From: an uncultured virus (IMG/VR IMGVR_UViG_3300042564_002756)
Taxonomy: Duplodnaviria; Heunggongvirae; Uroviricota; Caudoviricetes
DNA length: 64,000 bases
Strand: one strand, 5' to 3'
IMG/VR virus record: IMGVR_UViG_3300042564_002756
Coordinates: 1-64,000 of that record
Both the position numbers and the translations under genes were made by a program. Shown piece by piece: positions 15,110-25,138 of the stretch. Positions within the stretch are counted from its first letter, which is position 1; each line of letters begins with the position of its first letter. Under the pieces are notes generated by a model. The model was not told the origin of the DNA and searched no databases. It saw nothing but the letters and a program-made list of their open reading frames with translations.

Positions 15110-16049
15110 AAATCAATTAACAGAAAGAGGCACTTCTGTTGCAATGTTTGATTATGCATATTATGCAAGAGAACTATTAGATATAGAACCAATAATTACT
15201 TATAGAAATGAAAATAGTAAACCACAAGCAATTCAAAGGTTTAAAAATAATTTTGAAGTATTTTCATATGACACATTTGATGATGTAGAAACTTACATAT
15301 CTAAAAATTCAATAGATGCTTTCTATGCTATTAAATATGGATATCATGATGGAATAGTTTCTTCTAATACTAAAAATTTAATTCATTCTGTATTCTGCAA
15401 ACATAGAGAATATATGCACGGTGAAAGATATGCTGTAGTTTCTGAATGGCAATCACATTTTAATGACATACCTTATGTACCACATATTTTAAATCTTTAT
15501 GATACCACCGAAACTTTGAGAGATAATCTTAATATACCAAAAGATGCACTGGTAATAGGACGTCATGGTGGTTTTGATACATTTAATATTGATTTTGTAA
15601 TTGATAGCATTAAAGAGATATTAGATAAAAGATCAGATATTTGGTTTTTATTCTTAAATACCGAAAAGAAATTAGAGCATCAAAGAGTCATATATCTAGA
15701 TGCAACAGTAGATTTAAAAGAAAAAACAAAATTTATTAACACATGTGACGCAATGATACATGCCAGAGATTACGGTGAGACCTTCGGTCTTTCAGTTTTA
15801 GAATTTGCGGCAAAAGATAAACCTATTATCTCATATGATAATGAATATCTACAGACAAATCACCAATTAGGCGGAAGAAACCATTTTCTATTTTTACAAG
15901 ATCATTGTTATAAATATTCACACAAAGGAGATTTAGATAACATATTTCTTAATATTGAAAGAAATACTTCGTTTAATACGAGTTATCTATTGGATAAATT
16001 TTCTCCGCAATCTGTAATGAAATTATTTGAAGAAAGATTTTTAGTATGA
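15090..16049 (+). CDS. GT-B (GT4-like) glycosyltransferase
   Basis: RGTSVAMFDYA; CDAMIHARDYGETFGLSVLEF. Confidence 0.75.
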   Translation: MKILFHENQLTERGTSVAMFDYAYYARELLDIEPIITYRNENSKPQAIQRFKNNFEVFSYDTFDDVETYISKNSIDAFYAIKYGYHDGIVSSNTKNLIHSVFCKHREYMHGERYAVVSEWQSHFNDIPYVPHILNLYDTTETLRDNLNIPKDALVIGRHGGFDTFNIDFVIDSIKEILDKRSDIWFLFLNTEKKLEHQRVIYLDATVDLKEKTKFINTCDAMIHARDYGETFGLSVLEFAAKDKPIISYDNEYLQTNHQLGGRNHFLFLQDHCYKYSHKGDLDNIFLNIERNTSFNTSYLLDKFSPQSVMKLFEERFLV

Positions 16050-16666
16050 GTCAATATCCAAATTTACAAATAGATAGCCCTATTGAGACATATGAAATTA
16101 TGACTCAACACATAAAGACACTGAAAGGTGTTGAGGGACTAAGCTGTGAAGTAGGACTTCGCCGAGGCGGGGGAACTAAAGTAATACTCGATTCATTTAT
16201 GGAAAATGAAGATAAACGTGTTCATATCTGCATGGACCCATATGGAAATATTATTTACAATGATATAGTAGGTCCACATCGAAGTGACTATACAGATGAT
16301 ATGAAAAATGAGACACTTGCAGAACTATACCGATATGCATTTGATAATAGAATTAATATTCTTTTCTTTAATATGGAAGACTCTGAATTTTATAGAAGAT
16401 TTACAGATGGTGTTCCTGTTTACGATCAAGAAAAGAAAATGCTGAATACATATTGTTTTGTCCATATTGACGGTCAGCATGATATAGAATCAGTCAGATT
16501 AGCCGCAAATTTCTTTATTCCAAGAATGTCAATTAGAGGGCTTCTTGTTTTTGATAACACTGATCATTATGATCATTCACCTATACACAATTTAATGCTT
16601 AATAACAAGTTTATTATGGTTGACGATGTATTGAATAGAAAACTATATAAGAGAGTTTTGATATGA
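16046..16666 (+). CDS. class I SAM O-methyltransferase (TylF/Methyltransf_24-like)
   Basis: CEVGLRRGGG; FVHIDGQH; VFDN. Confidence 0.7.
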   Translation: MSQYPNLQIDSPIETYEIMTQHIKTLKGVEGLSCEVGLRRGGGTKVILDSFMENEDKRVHICMDPYGNIIYNDIVGPHRSDYTDDMKNETLAELYRYAFDNRINILFFNMEDSEFYRRFTDGVPVYDQEKKMLNTYCFVHIDGQHDIESVRLAANFFIPRMSIRGLLVFDNTDHYDHSPIHNLMLNNKFIMVDDVLNRKLYKRVLI

Positions 16667-17916
16667 TAGAAGATTTACTTAATCAATTTGCTTTAAATCC
16701 AAATGATCCAGAGATTAATTTTAAAATGGCAAGATACTATGATGAAATAGGTCAGACTGCATCTGCTGTTTCCTATTATATTAGAACAGCTGAAAGAACA
16801 GAAGATCTTCTTCTGCGATATGAATGTCTATTGCATGGTGCAAATTGCTTTGAGCGACAAGGTACTCGTAGATTTACTGTAAAAGGTATGCTTCAACAGG
16901 CAATTACTATTTTACCGAAAAGACCTGAGGCATATTATATATTAAGTAGACTATATGAATACAATGATACAAATGAGGGTAGATACTTAGACTCATATAC
17001 AATGTGTTCTATAGCACTTCAAGTTTGTGATTTTAATAATAAAGAATTGAGAGTACCAGTAAATTATCCAGGTAAATATGCTCTATTATTTCAAAAGGGC
17101 GTAATGGGTTGGTGGAATGGTTTACAAGAAGAAACAAAATCAATTCTTTTGGATCTTCATATGAATTGGGACATGAATGATGAATTTGCAAATTCAGTTA
17201 AGAATAATTTAGTAAATATGAATGCATTTGCTTCCAAATCATTGACAACATACTCTAAATCTAAATTATATAAATTGCGCTGGAAATTTGAAAGTCTTGA
17301 AGATATAGAACAGAATTATTCTGAAGCATATCAAGATATGTTTGTTCTTACTGTATTAAATGGTAAAAAGAATGGAACATATGTAGAAATTGGATCAGGT
17401 CATCCTACATATGGAAATAATAGTTATCTATTGGAAAAAGATTTTGGCTGGACTGGAATGTCAGTTGATATAAGTGAAGAATTTATAGCAAAACATAATG
17501 CAGAAAGAAAACATACAGCAATATTAAAAGATGCAACAACAATAAATTATGGTACTTATTTTAAGTCACTCGGTTTTGGTACTGAAATAGATTACTTACA
17601 GATTGATGTTGATCCAGCTGAAATATCACTGAAAGTTCTTTACACAATCCCGTTTGAAACTTACAAGTTTTCAGTAATTACGTTCGAACACGACCATTAC
17701 GCAGACCCAAAAAGTAATGTCAGAGAAAAGGCAAGACAATTCTTAGAATCATTTGGTTATGTTCTTGCGGTGTCAAATATCTCACCAGATGAAAATAGAC
17801 CATATGAAGATTGGTTTGTACATAGAGATGAATATGAAAAAGTAAAACATCTAGTTGATACTTCAGATAAAACAAAATGTGCAGAAAACTTTATGTTTGG
17901 TGCCTATAATGAATAA
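16663..17916 (+). CDS. TPR-repeat plus FkbM-like methyltransferase fusion
   Basis: Helical TPR-like N-half (PKRPEAYYILSR); YSEAYQD...YVEIGS...IDYLQIDVD. Confidence 0.7.
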   Translation: MIEDLLNQFALNPNDPEINFKMARYYDEIGQTASAVSYYIRTAERTEDLLLRYECLLHGANCFERQGTRRFTVKGMLQQAITILPKRPEAYYILSRLYEYNDTNEGRYLDSYTMCSIALQVCDFNNKELRVPVNYPGKYALLFQKGVMGWWNGLQEETKSILLDLHMNWDMNDEFANSVKNNLVNMNAFASKSLTTYSKSKLYKLRWKFESLEDIEQNYSEAYQDMFVLTVLNGKKNGTYVEIGSGHPTYGNNSYLLEKDFGWTGMSVDISEEFIAKHNAERKHTAILKDATTINYGTYFKSLGFGTEIDYLQIDVDPAEISLKVLYTIPFETYKFSVITFEHDHYADPKSNVREKARQFLESFGYVLAVSNISPDENRPYEDWFVHRDEYEKVKHLVDTSDKTKCAENFMFGAYNE

Positions 17917-18694
17917 GATACCTGTGATAGGAGCTGCTGTTGTAAATAGCAGTTTCTGGGTTTCAAGATTACTTTTAAGTGTTGACTATCCAGTGGAAAA
18001 TTTTGTAATTATAAACAATAATGGACGTGGTATTATTGATGAAGAATTAAACAATATAGTCAAGTTAAAGCACCGCTATATAGATAAAATAAAAGTAGTT
18101 CATATGCCTGCTAATATAGGATGTGCAGGTGCTTGGAATTTAATTATTAAGTGTTATATGAATGCAGCATATTGGATAATTGCTAATGATGATGTTGCTT
18201 TTAAACCAGGATTATTAAAAGAATTTAATGATATCATGATAAATGATTCAGAAATTGGAACAATACATCCAAACCCTGGTGATTTTGAAATTGGTGCGTG
18301 GGATTTATTTGCAATACACGAAAGAGCAGTTAAGAAACTAGGGTTATTTGACGAAAATACATATCCCGCATATTGTGAAGATGCAGATTATATTATGAAA
18401 ATGGTGAACAAAGGTGTCAAGAAAATTGTAGGATTACAATCAGGTTATTTACATGGTACTGGAGATGCCGAAGCATACTATGAACATGGAAGACAAACTG
18501 AAAAATCTGACGAGAATTTAGCACAAATATTACAAATTTCTAATGCACTTAATATAGAATATCTTACCCGCAAATGGGGTCCTGGTTGGAGAACTGTATG
18601 TCCACATGTACTACCCTTTGCTGGAGAAGAACGAGATATTAGTTATTCACTATATGATCTCGAATTTGTCAGAAGAAAACATACAGGATTTTAA
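17909..18694 (+). CDS. GT2-family glycosyltransferase
   Basis: NIGCAGAWN, IANDD, GLFDENTYPAYCEDADY. Confidence 0.8.
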   Translation: MNKIPVIGAAVVNSSFWVSRLLLSVDYPVENFVIINNNGRGIIDEELNNIVKLKHRYIDKIKVVHMPANIGCAGAWNLIIKCYMNAAYWIIANDDVAFKPGLLKEFNDIMINDSEIGTIHPNPGDFEIGAWDLFAIHERAVKKLGLFDENTYPAYCEDADYIMKMVNKGVKKIVGLQSGYLHGTGDAEAYYEHGRQTEKSDENLAQILQISNALNIEYLTRKWGPGWRTVCPHVLPFAGEERDISYSLYDLEFVRRKHTGF

Positions 18695-18695
18695 A

Positions 18696-19433
18696 ATGTT
18701 ACCAATTTCAGTAGGAATACTTTCGTGGAACTCACCTGAAGTTCTAGAAGAGACAATAAAAACTTATATAATGAATGGACTTTTTAATCTAGTTTCAGAT
18801 ATAACAATTCTATTTCAAGAAGTTACTAAAGAGGATAAAGCACTTGCTAAAAAATATGGCATTCCTTTCATTGGTTTAGATACAAATGTAGGCATTGGTA
18901 AAGCAATGCAAATACTAGCCGAACAAGCAACAGAAGAATATTTTCTATTTCTTGAAAATGATTGGCAATTAATTGAAACTAAAGAAACTACAAAGAAAAG
19001 ATTAATTGGATCCATAGATCTTTTAGAAGAAGATTATCAGTGCATAAGACTAAGATCTAGACGAACACCTGGATATCCTTTATTTTCAGAAGTTTATAGG
19101 GATAATGAATTAAATCATTACGATGAAAATACTGGTTTAATTTCTCCGCATCTCTTTGATTGTATTCATTGGATTGAAGAACCTGATCTAAAATTTGAGC
19201 AAATTAGAAAGCATAAATATCACTACATTACAACATCGCGTTGGTCTAATTGGACCAATAATCCGTGTTTATTCAAGACAGAATTTATTCCAGATATTAT
19301 TGATCCATTTATCCAAGATAATCTTCTTGAACCATCAATTTCAAGATGGTGGGCAGAACAGAATTTTAATGTTGCATGGGGTGAAGGTTTATTTAAACAT
19401 GTTGATTTTAAGAAATATGGAGATATATATTAA
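18696..19433 (+). CDS. GT-A fold glycosyltransferase
   Basis: ISVGILSW, NVGIGKA, FLFLENDW. Confidence 0.7.
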   Translation: MLPISVGILSWNSPEVLEETIKTYIMNGLFNLVSDITILFQEVTKEDKALAKKYGIPFIGLDTNVGIGKAMQILAEQATEEYFLFLENDWQLIETKETTKKRLIGSIDLLEEDYQCIRLRSRRTPGYPLFSEVYRDNELNHYDENTGLISPHLFDCIHWIEEPDLKFEQIRKHKYHYITTSRWSNWTNNPCLFKTEFIPDIIDPFIQDNLLEPSISRWWAEQNFNVAWGEGLFKHVDFKKYGDIY

Positions 19434-20209
19434 TGCATAAAGTAATTCTTGTAACTGGTGGTTTCGATCCTCTACATAGTGGACATATTGCATATTTTGA
19501 AGAAGCAAAGAAATTAGGTAATACATTGGTAGTCGGTGTCAATAGCGATGAATGGTTATCTCGTAAAAAAGGCCAACCATTTATGGATGTGAATGAGAGA
19601 ATGTCAATCATAAAACATCTATCCATGGTAGACGCTGCTATTATATTTGATGATTCTGATGGGACTGCAAAAGCAGCAATAAGATATTGTTTAAATGCAT
19701 ATCCAGAGTCCGAAATTATCTTTGCAAATGGTGGTGATAGAACAAAAGCAAATATACCTGAAATGGAACTTGTTTGTGATGATTCCGAAACAAAGAGACT
19801 AAAATATGTTTTTGGTATCGGTGGAACACATAAAATGAATTCCAGTAGTAAAATACTGACCGAATGGAAGACACCAAAAACAGAACGAAAGTGGGGTTAT
19901 TATAGAGTATTACACTCTGATGGACCATCACTCAAAGTCAAAGAGTTAGTTGTGGAACCCGGGAAATCATTGAGTGTTCAGAAACACAATCTAAGAAGTG
20001 AACATTGGATAGTTTCTGAAGGTATTGCGACAGTAAATTATGGTGACCATCCCGCCGCTCTTTCAACTACAAAATTGGAAAAACACGATGAGATTCATAT
20101 CTCAGTTGGCAAATGGCATCAACTTGTAAATGAGACGAACAATGAAGTCCGAATTGTTGAAATCCAATTCGGAGTTAATTGTATCGAGGAAGATATTATT
20201 CGGATTTGA
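19433..20209 (+). CDS. cytidylyltransferase-like nucleotidyltransferase fused to a cupin (mannose-6-phosphate isomerase type II-like) domain
   Basis: TGGFDPLHSGH, VGVNSD, FANGGDR; WGYY...LSVQKH...SEHW...EIQ.G...EEDIIR. Confidence 0.85.
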   Translation: MHKVILVTGGFDPLHSGHIAYFEEAKKLGNTLVVGVNSDEWLSRKKGQPFMDVNERMSIIKHLSMVDAAIIFDDSDGTAKAAIRYCLNAYPESEIIFANGGDRTKANIPEMELVCDDSETKRLKYVFGIGGTHKMNSSSKILTEWKTPKTERKWGYYRVLHSDGPSLKVKELVVEPGKSLSVQKHNLRSEHWIVSEGIATVNYGDHPAALSTTKLEKHDEIHISVGKWHQLVNETNNEVRIVEIQFGVNCIEEDIIRI

Positions 20210-20239
20210 TTCTGTTTTATTTTCATGGATGATAATCCA

Positions 20240-20267
20240 ATTATACCATACATGTAGAACCTGTCAA
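20240..20267 (-). promoter_or_regulatory. consensus sigma70 promoter TTGACA-N16-TATAAT (extended -10), antisense to the glycosylation cluster
   Basis: Perfect hexamers and TG extension. Confidence 0.65.
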
Positions 20268-20288
20268 CCAAAAGTGTCGTTCATTAAG

Positions 20289-20296
20289 TATAAATA
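20289..20296 (+). promoter_or_regulatory. T4-type late promoter TATAAATA (gp13)
   Basis: Exact consensus. Confidence 0.8.
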
Positions 20297-20326
20297 GAAA
20301 AAACTTACACATCATTAGGTGATAAA

Positions 20327-21079
20327 ATGGCTCAACCAAGAACTAGAAGAGATTTTAAAGAGTATTGCCTAAGAAAATTAGGCCACCCGGTTATTCAGAT
20401 AAATGTGTCAGATGAACAAATTGATGATCGTGTAGAAGAAGCATTATCGTTCTGGCAAGATTATCACTACAATGGTTCCGATCTTGTTTACCTTAGACAC
20501 ATGTTGACTCAAGGAGAAATAGATCAAGGTTATGTGGATTTAAATAACACTGAATATGCTAATTTACTTGGTGTTGTTCGCATTTTTGATCTATATTCAT
20601 CTATTTCAACTGGTACTGGCATGTTTAACGTGCAATACCAATTTGTTCTAAATAACTTGCAGGATCTTACAGGTTACTCTATTCAAAACTATTATATGAC
20701 TATGCAGCATATCCGTTTTATCCAAGAATGGCTTGTTGGTTTACCTTTAATTAGATATAACAAGCATACTAATAAACTTTACATTGATCAGAGTAAAGCA
20801 AAATTAACCCCTGGCTATTATGTTATTATTGAAGCGTATGCACCTATTGATGATGCAAATCCAGATATTTGGAGTGATAGGTTTCTTCAAAATTATACAA
20901 CTGCACTTATTAAAGAACAGTGGGGTTCAAATCTTACCAAGTTCGTGAATATGCAACTTGTTGGTGGCATCCAATTCAACGGCGAACAAATACTTGCTGA
21001 TGGAAGAGATGAACGCAAGGCTATGGAAGAAGAAGCAAAAAGTTCTCTACAACCACTTACTTACAATTTCTCTGGATAA
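20327..21079 (+). CDS. gp13: neck protein gp13
   Basis: YCLRKLGHPVIQINVSDEQIDDR; KEQWGSNL.K; synteny. Confidence 0.9.
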   Translation: MAQPRTRRDFKEYCLRKLGHPVIQINVSDEQIDDRVEEALSFWQDYHYNGSDLVYLRHMLTQGEIDQGYVDLNNTEYANLLGVVRIFDLYSSISTGTGMFNVQYQFVLNNLQDLTGYSIQNYYMTMQHIRFIQEWLVGLPLIRYNKHTNKLYIDQSKAKLTPGYYVIIEAYAPIDDANPDIWSDRFLQNYTTALIKEQWGSNLTKFVNMQLVGGIQFNGEQILADGRDERKAMEEEAKSSLQPLTYNFSG

Positions 21080-21082
21080 TAA

Positions 21083-21763
21083 ATGGCAAACTATAGTCAC
21101 ATACCATATACTTACATGATAGGTTGGTCCAAACAAAAAAAATATTATTACGGTGTGCAATTCGGTAAAAATGCAAACCCAAATAATTTATGGAAAACTT
21201 ATTTTACATCTTCTAACAATGTAAAAAAGTTTATAGAAAATTATGGTGATCCAGATATAATAGAAATACGAAAAACTTTTTTGACCCCGTGCAAAGCTAG
21301 AGCATGGGAAACTAAAGTGATTCAACGAATGAATTTAGTTGAAAATCAAAATTGGTTAAATAAAACAGATAACACATCAAAATTTTATTTTGAAGGTCCT
21401 CGAGGCCCCAGAAGTAAAGAGCACACTGAAAAACTTAGAAAATCTCATATTGGTAAAAAAATAACAGCCGAACACAAAGAAAAGCTTCATACTGGAAGAA
21501 GAAATTCAAAAAACACTCCAGAACACACTGCAGCTATACTTAAAGCAGTTAAAGGGAAGAAACATACCGAAAAATCCAGAAAAAATATGGCTGATGCTTA
21601 TGCAAAAAGAGATATCGAAGAAGTTAAAAATAATGCTAGTAATGCTGGAAAGAAAAGTGCCGCGTTATACAAGAATGATCCAGAAAGACAAGCTGCACAT
21701 AGTGAAAGAATGAAAATGTGGTGGGCAGCGCGCGGACAACTTCTATCTATGGAAGGACAATAA
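21083..21763 (+). mobile_element. free-standing GIY-YIG-like (Seg-type) homing endonuclease with NUMOD3-like repeats
   Basis: PYTYMIGW...YYYGVQ...YFTSS N-terminus; basic SKEHTEKLRKSHIGKK and KHTEKSRKNM repeats; inserted between gp13 and gp14. Confidence 0.75.
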
Positions 21764-21764
21764 A

Positions 21765-22505
21765 ATTTCTACAAATGTATTTTTCCAGAACTATAACTAT
21801 TTCAATGAGCAACAACTCATTGATGATCTAGTTATAGAGTCAATCCAGATCTTTGGCGTTGATACATATTATGTGTCAAGAACGTCATCAGCGTTTGATC
21901 ATATAATGAATGAAGATAGGCTTACAGTTTTTGATGCTGCATATCAAATGGATATGTATGTTAAGACAGTTGATGGATTCCAAGGTCAAGGTGACTTCCT
22001 TTCTAAATTTGGTCTGGAAATTCGTGACCAGGTTACATTCACTGTTGCATATAGAACATTCGAGAGATTTGCAACAAAAGATAATCCTGCATTAATAAGA
22101 CCAAAAGAAGGCGATTTGGTCTACATGCCTATGAACAATAAGTTCTTTAAGGTTATGTTTGTAGAACACGAATCAGTATTCTATCAGGCTGGAGCATTAC
22201 AGGTTTATGATCTTAAATGTGAACTATTTGAATATTCCAATGAGAGATTTGAAACTGGTGTTGATGATGTTGATAAACATTATGTTGATTTTAAAACAAC
22301 CGAAATTAACAATCTTGAAGATATGTTTGCAGCAGACCCAATTGCTAAAAATATCTTCTATGAAGAAAAAGGTAATGATATTATAGACTTTACCGAAATT
22401 GATCCATTCAGCGAGACAATATTCCCACCATCGAACTATTTTGTAACAGCAGATTCAACTAAGGTAACCGCCGACGACGGTGGCATTACTGCAGATACTA
22501 TATAA
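21765..22505 (+). CDS. gp14: neck protein gp14, apparently starting at non-canonical ATT
   Basis: Conserved N-terminus (I)STNVFF...EQQLIDDLVIESIQIFG lies upstream of the track start; FLSKFGLEIRD; RPKEGDLVY; GAAGGA RBS 7 nt before ATT. Confidence 0.85.
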   Translation: MSTNVFFQNYNYFNEQQLIDDLVIESIQIFGVDTYYVSRTSSAFDHIMNEDRLTVFDAAYQMDMYVKTVDGFQGQGDFLSKFGLEIRDQVTFTVAYRTFERFATKDNPALIRPKEGDLVYMPMNNKFFKVMFVEHESVFYQAGALQVYDLKCELFEYSNERFETGVDDVDKHYVDFKTTEINNLEDMFAADPIAKNIFYEEKGNDIIDFTEIDPFSETIFPPSNYFVTADSTKVTADDGGITADTI

Positions 22506-22514
22506 GAGGAACAA

Positions 22515-23867
22515 ATGGCTAAACAAACCATCAATATAGGAACTACGGCCAATGACCGTACCGGTGATCCTTTAAGAACCGCATTTACTAAAACAAATAG
22601 TAACTTTACTGAACTATATGCAAATGTCGCAACATTGAATAGTTCTGTAGTCACTGATGTTTCGGATTTAACTGATACTGAAGGATTATTTTTCTCTGGT
22701 GATTATAGAGATCTTTCCAATACCCCATTTATCGGTACAGATGTTTCAGATTTAACTGATACTGAAGGGTTACTTTTCTCCGGCGACTATGATGATCTTT
22801 TCAATACTCCATTTATTGCAACTGATATATTAGATTTAACAGATAATAATAATCTATTAACTGTAAAAGATCATATTGAGTTAACTGGTATATATCAAAC
22901 ATCCAATAACATCATTTCATTTACAAAAGCACCAAATACAGATTCAAATACAGTCTTTGATACGATATCTGAATATGTAATTCTTACAAGAGATGCATCT
23001 GGTATTGGTGGTCTGGGCGGCGGCATCTATAATAGTGCATTCGAAGTAGCCTATGATGTTGCCATAAGCCCAATATCAACAATATGGAATGCAGATGGCT
23101 GGGATGATGTATCAGATATTGAAACAAGATATTATCAAACTTTCAGACAGGCACTTCGCAATAGCGTAGGTGCAAATATTGTTGGTGCTGAACTTATTAT
23201 GAAGGATACAGCAAGTAACGAATATTACAAGATTAAATTTTCTCAATGGGCACAGGGTGCTAGTCACGACGGCAGTTTTGCATATACAAGAGAGAAAATA
23301 GATACTACTACACCTATCGGAATTACATTCTATGATGGATCTACATTACCGAAAGCACCAAATACAAAACCAAAATTTGAACAATCATATGTAGGTGATT
23401 TTGGAGGATATGGCCTAACTATTTCACAAGCTGGTAGACAAGTTTATATTTATGATAATATTGTAGAAATTCCTAGTTACAATGAGCAAAACTTTAAAAT
23501 TGGTGATGTAATTCAAATTATTACTGGTGGCTTTGCATCAACTATAAGACCTAAAGTAAATGACGATATCGAATTACCAGATGCTACTCTCTATATTCAA
23601 GGTGAAACAAATTCTGTAGCATCTTTTGATATACCAGCAAGATCTATGGCTTTTCTTAGTAAAATTGCTCAAAATATTTGGCAACTTTCTATAAGTAATT
23701 CTTCAGTTATAAAAAATGATTTAGCACCAAACACAAGCATAGGTGATAGCACAGATGTAGAAGGTATAGTTGCGTTTGATTCTACTTATTTCTATTACTG
23801 TACTTCAGACTATACCGGATCTGATAATATTTGGAAACGAATTGCTTGGAGCAATGATACCTGGTAA
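22515..23867 (+). CDS. virion appendage protein with gp9/gp10-like N-terminal anchoring domain
   Basis: MAKQTINIGTTANDRTGDPLRTAFTKTNSNFTELY; 28-aa repeats; YFYYC...WKRIAW C-terminus. Confidence 0.7.
   Translation: MAKQTINIGTTANDRTGDPLRTAFTKTNSNFTELYANVATLNSSVVTDVSDLTDTEGLFFSGDYRDLSNTPFIGTDVSDLTDTEGLLFSGDYDDLFNTPFIATDILDLTDNNNLLTVKDHIELTGIYQTSNNIISFTKAPNTDSNTVFDTISEYVILTRDASGIGGLGGGIYNSAFEVAYDVAISPISTIWNADGWDDVSDIETRYYQTFRQALRNSVGANIVGAELIMKDTASNEYYKIKFSQWAQGASHDGSFAYTREKIDTTTPIGITFYDGSTLPKAPNTKPKFEQSYVGDFGGYGLTISQAGRQVYIYDNIVEIPSYNEQNFKIGDVIQIITGGFASTIRPKVNDDIELPDATLYIQGETNSVASFDIPARSMAFLSKIAQNIWQLSISNSSVIKNDLAPNTSIGDSTDVEGIVAFDSTYFYYCTSDYTGSDNIWKRIAWSNDTW
22653..22850 (+). repeat. 84-bp (28-aa) tandem repeat, ~2.4 copies
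   Basis: TDVSDLTDTEGLxFSGDYxDLxNTPFI units starting at 22653, 22737 and 22821. Confidence 0.85.
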
Positions 23868-23877
23868 GGAACTTTAA

Positions 23878-24693
23878 ATGGCTTTTGTAAATTATTTTTA
23901 TAATGCAACTACTAAAAAATACATAGCTCTTTTCGGAACTATGTTTAATAAAATTTCTATTGCACGTGATGATCCAAATACTGGTGATGAAGTACAGCGT
24001 ATGGTTGTGCCTATTTCATATGGCCCTTATCAAAAATTTCTTGCAAGAGTAAATCAAGATCCAGACTTAAATAGAAAAACTGCCATCACACTTCCTAGAA
24101 TGGCTTTCGAGATAACAGGAATGGAATATGATGGTTCAAGGAAAGTTAATTCTGTAAGAAGAATTTCTGGTCAAACACACAGTGATGATAAAAAAACATT
24201 TCAGTATGTTGGAACACCTTATAATCTGAATTTTACGCTTAGTATTATGACTAAGTATGCTGAAGATGGAACACAAATATTAGAACAAATAATCCCTTTC
24301 TTTAAACCCGAATGGACTTACACTGTAAAGTTAATTGATAATCTTGATCCAATAGATATTCCACTAATTCTAAATTCCGTGAACATGGAAGATCTGTATG
24401 AGGCAGACTTTGAAACTAGAAGAAGTCTCTTATGGACTATTACATTTACAATGAAGGCTTGGTATTTTGGTCCACAGAGAGAAGGTAGTGTAATAAAGTT
24501 TATTGATATCAGATCGCACACCAAAATTGACACAACCGCAACACCAGAAGGTCAAATTACAATACAGCCTGGTTTAACTGCAAATGGGCAACCAACAACA
24601 TCACTTGATGAAACACTTGATTATGAACTTATTAATATTGATGATGATTGGGGAATAATTACAATTTTTAGAGATGAGATTGAGGTAACATAA
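23878..24693 (+). CDS. gp15: tail sheath stabilizer/terminator gp15
   Basis: YFYN...FGTMFN; VPISYGP.QKFL; TLPRM; QILEQIIPFF. Confidence 0.92.
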   Translation: MAFVNYFYNATTKKYIALFGTMFNKISIARDDPNTGDEVQRMVVPISYGPYQKFLARVNQDPDLNRKTAITLPRMAFEITGMEYDGSRKVNSVRRISGQTHSDDKKTFQYVGTPYNLNFTLSIMTKYAEDGTQILEQIIPFFKPEWTYTVKLIDNLDPIDIPLILNSVNMEDLYEADFETRRSLLWTITFTMKAWYFGPQREGSVIKFIDIRSHTKIDTTATPEGQITIQPGLTANGQPTTSLDETLDYELINIDDDWGIITIFRDEIEVT

Positions 24694-25136
24694 TGAGTGA
24701 TGATAAGATTGCAAATGCACTGGGTTTGAAGCCTCTAGCTGAAGTTTTAGATGCGACTGTAGAACCTTCAACTGAACTTGCATTAGCAGATCCGGTTGAA
24801 ATTGTCACTGTCATTGCAGAAGATAATGAAACTGTGAGAGATATTGAACAGGCAAGAGGTAATATAAAGAATATCATTGAGCAAGGTGATGATGCACTTA
24901 AGGAAATGATGTCTCTTGCAAAACAATCCGAGAGTCCAAGGGCATTTGAAGTTGCTTCAACTTTGATGAAAACACTTTTGGATGCAAACAAAGACTTTGT
25001 TGAAATGTCTATGAAGAAAAAGTATGCAGTGGATGAAGTCAATGGACCAAAAGAAGCTGCTCAGACTAATGTGACAAATAATAACTTGATTGTATCCACT
25101 GCGGATCTATTGAAAATGCTCAAAGGAGAAACTTGA
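24693..25136 (+). CDS. gp16: terminase small subunit gp16
   Basis: ESPRAFEV; TNNNLIVSTADLLKML. Confidence 0.88.
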   Translation: MSDDKIANALGLKPLAEVLDATVEPSTELALADPVEIVTVIAEDNETVRDIEQARGNIKNIIEQGDDALKEMMSLAKQSESPRAFEVASTLMKTLLDANKDFVEMSMKKKYAVDEVNGPKEAAQTNVTNNNLIVSTADLLKMLKGET

Positions 25137-25138
25137 TA

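Noticed and set aside
21083..21763. Group I intron around the endonuclease
   Set aside because: Only 3 nt before and 1 nt after the ORF are non-coding, and no recognisable P/Q/R/S core was seen; not fully excluded without covariance-model search
21873..22505. gp14 start at GTG 21873 as in the ORF track
   Set aside because: It would remove 36 conserved N-terminal residues
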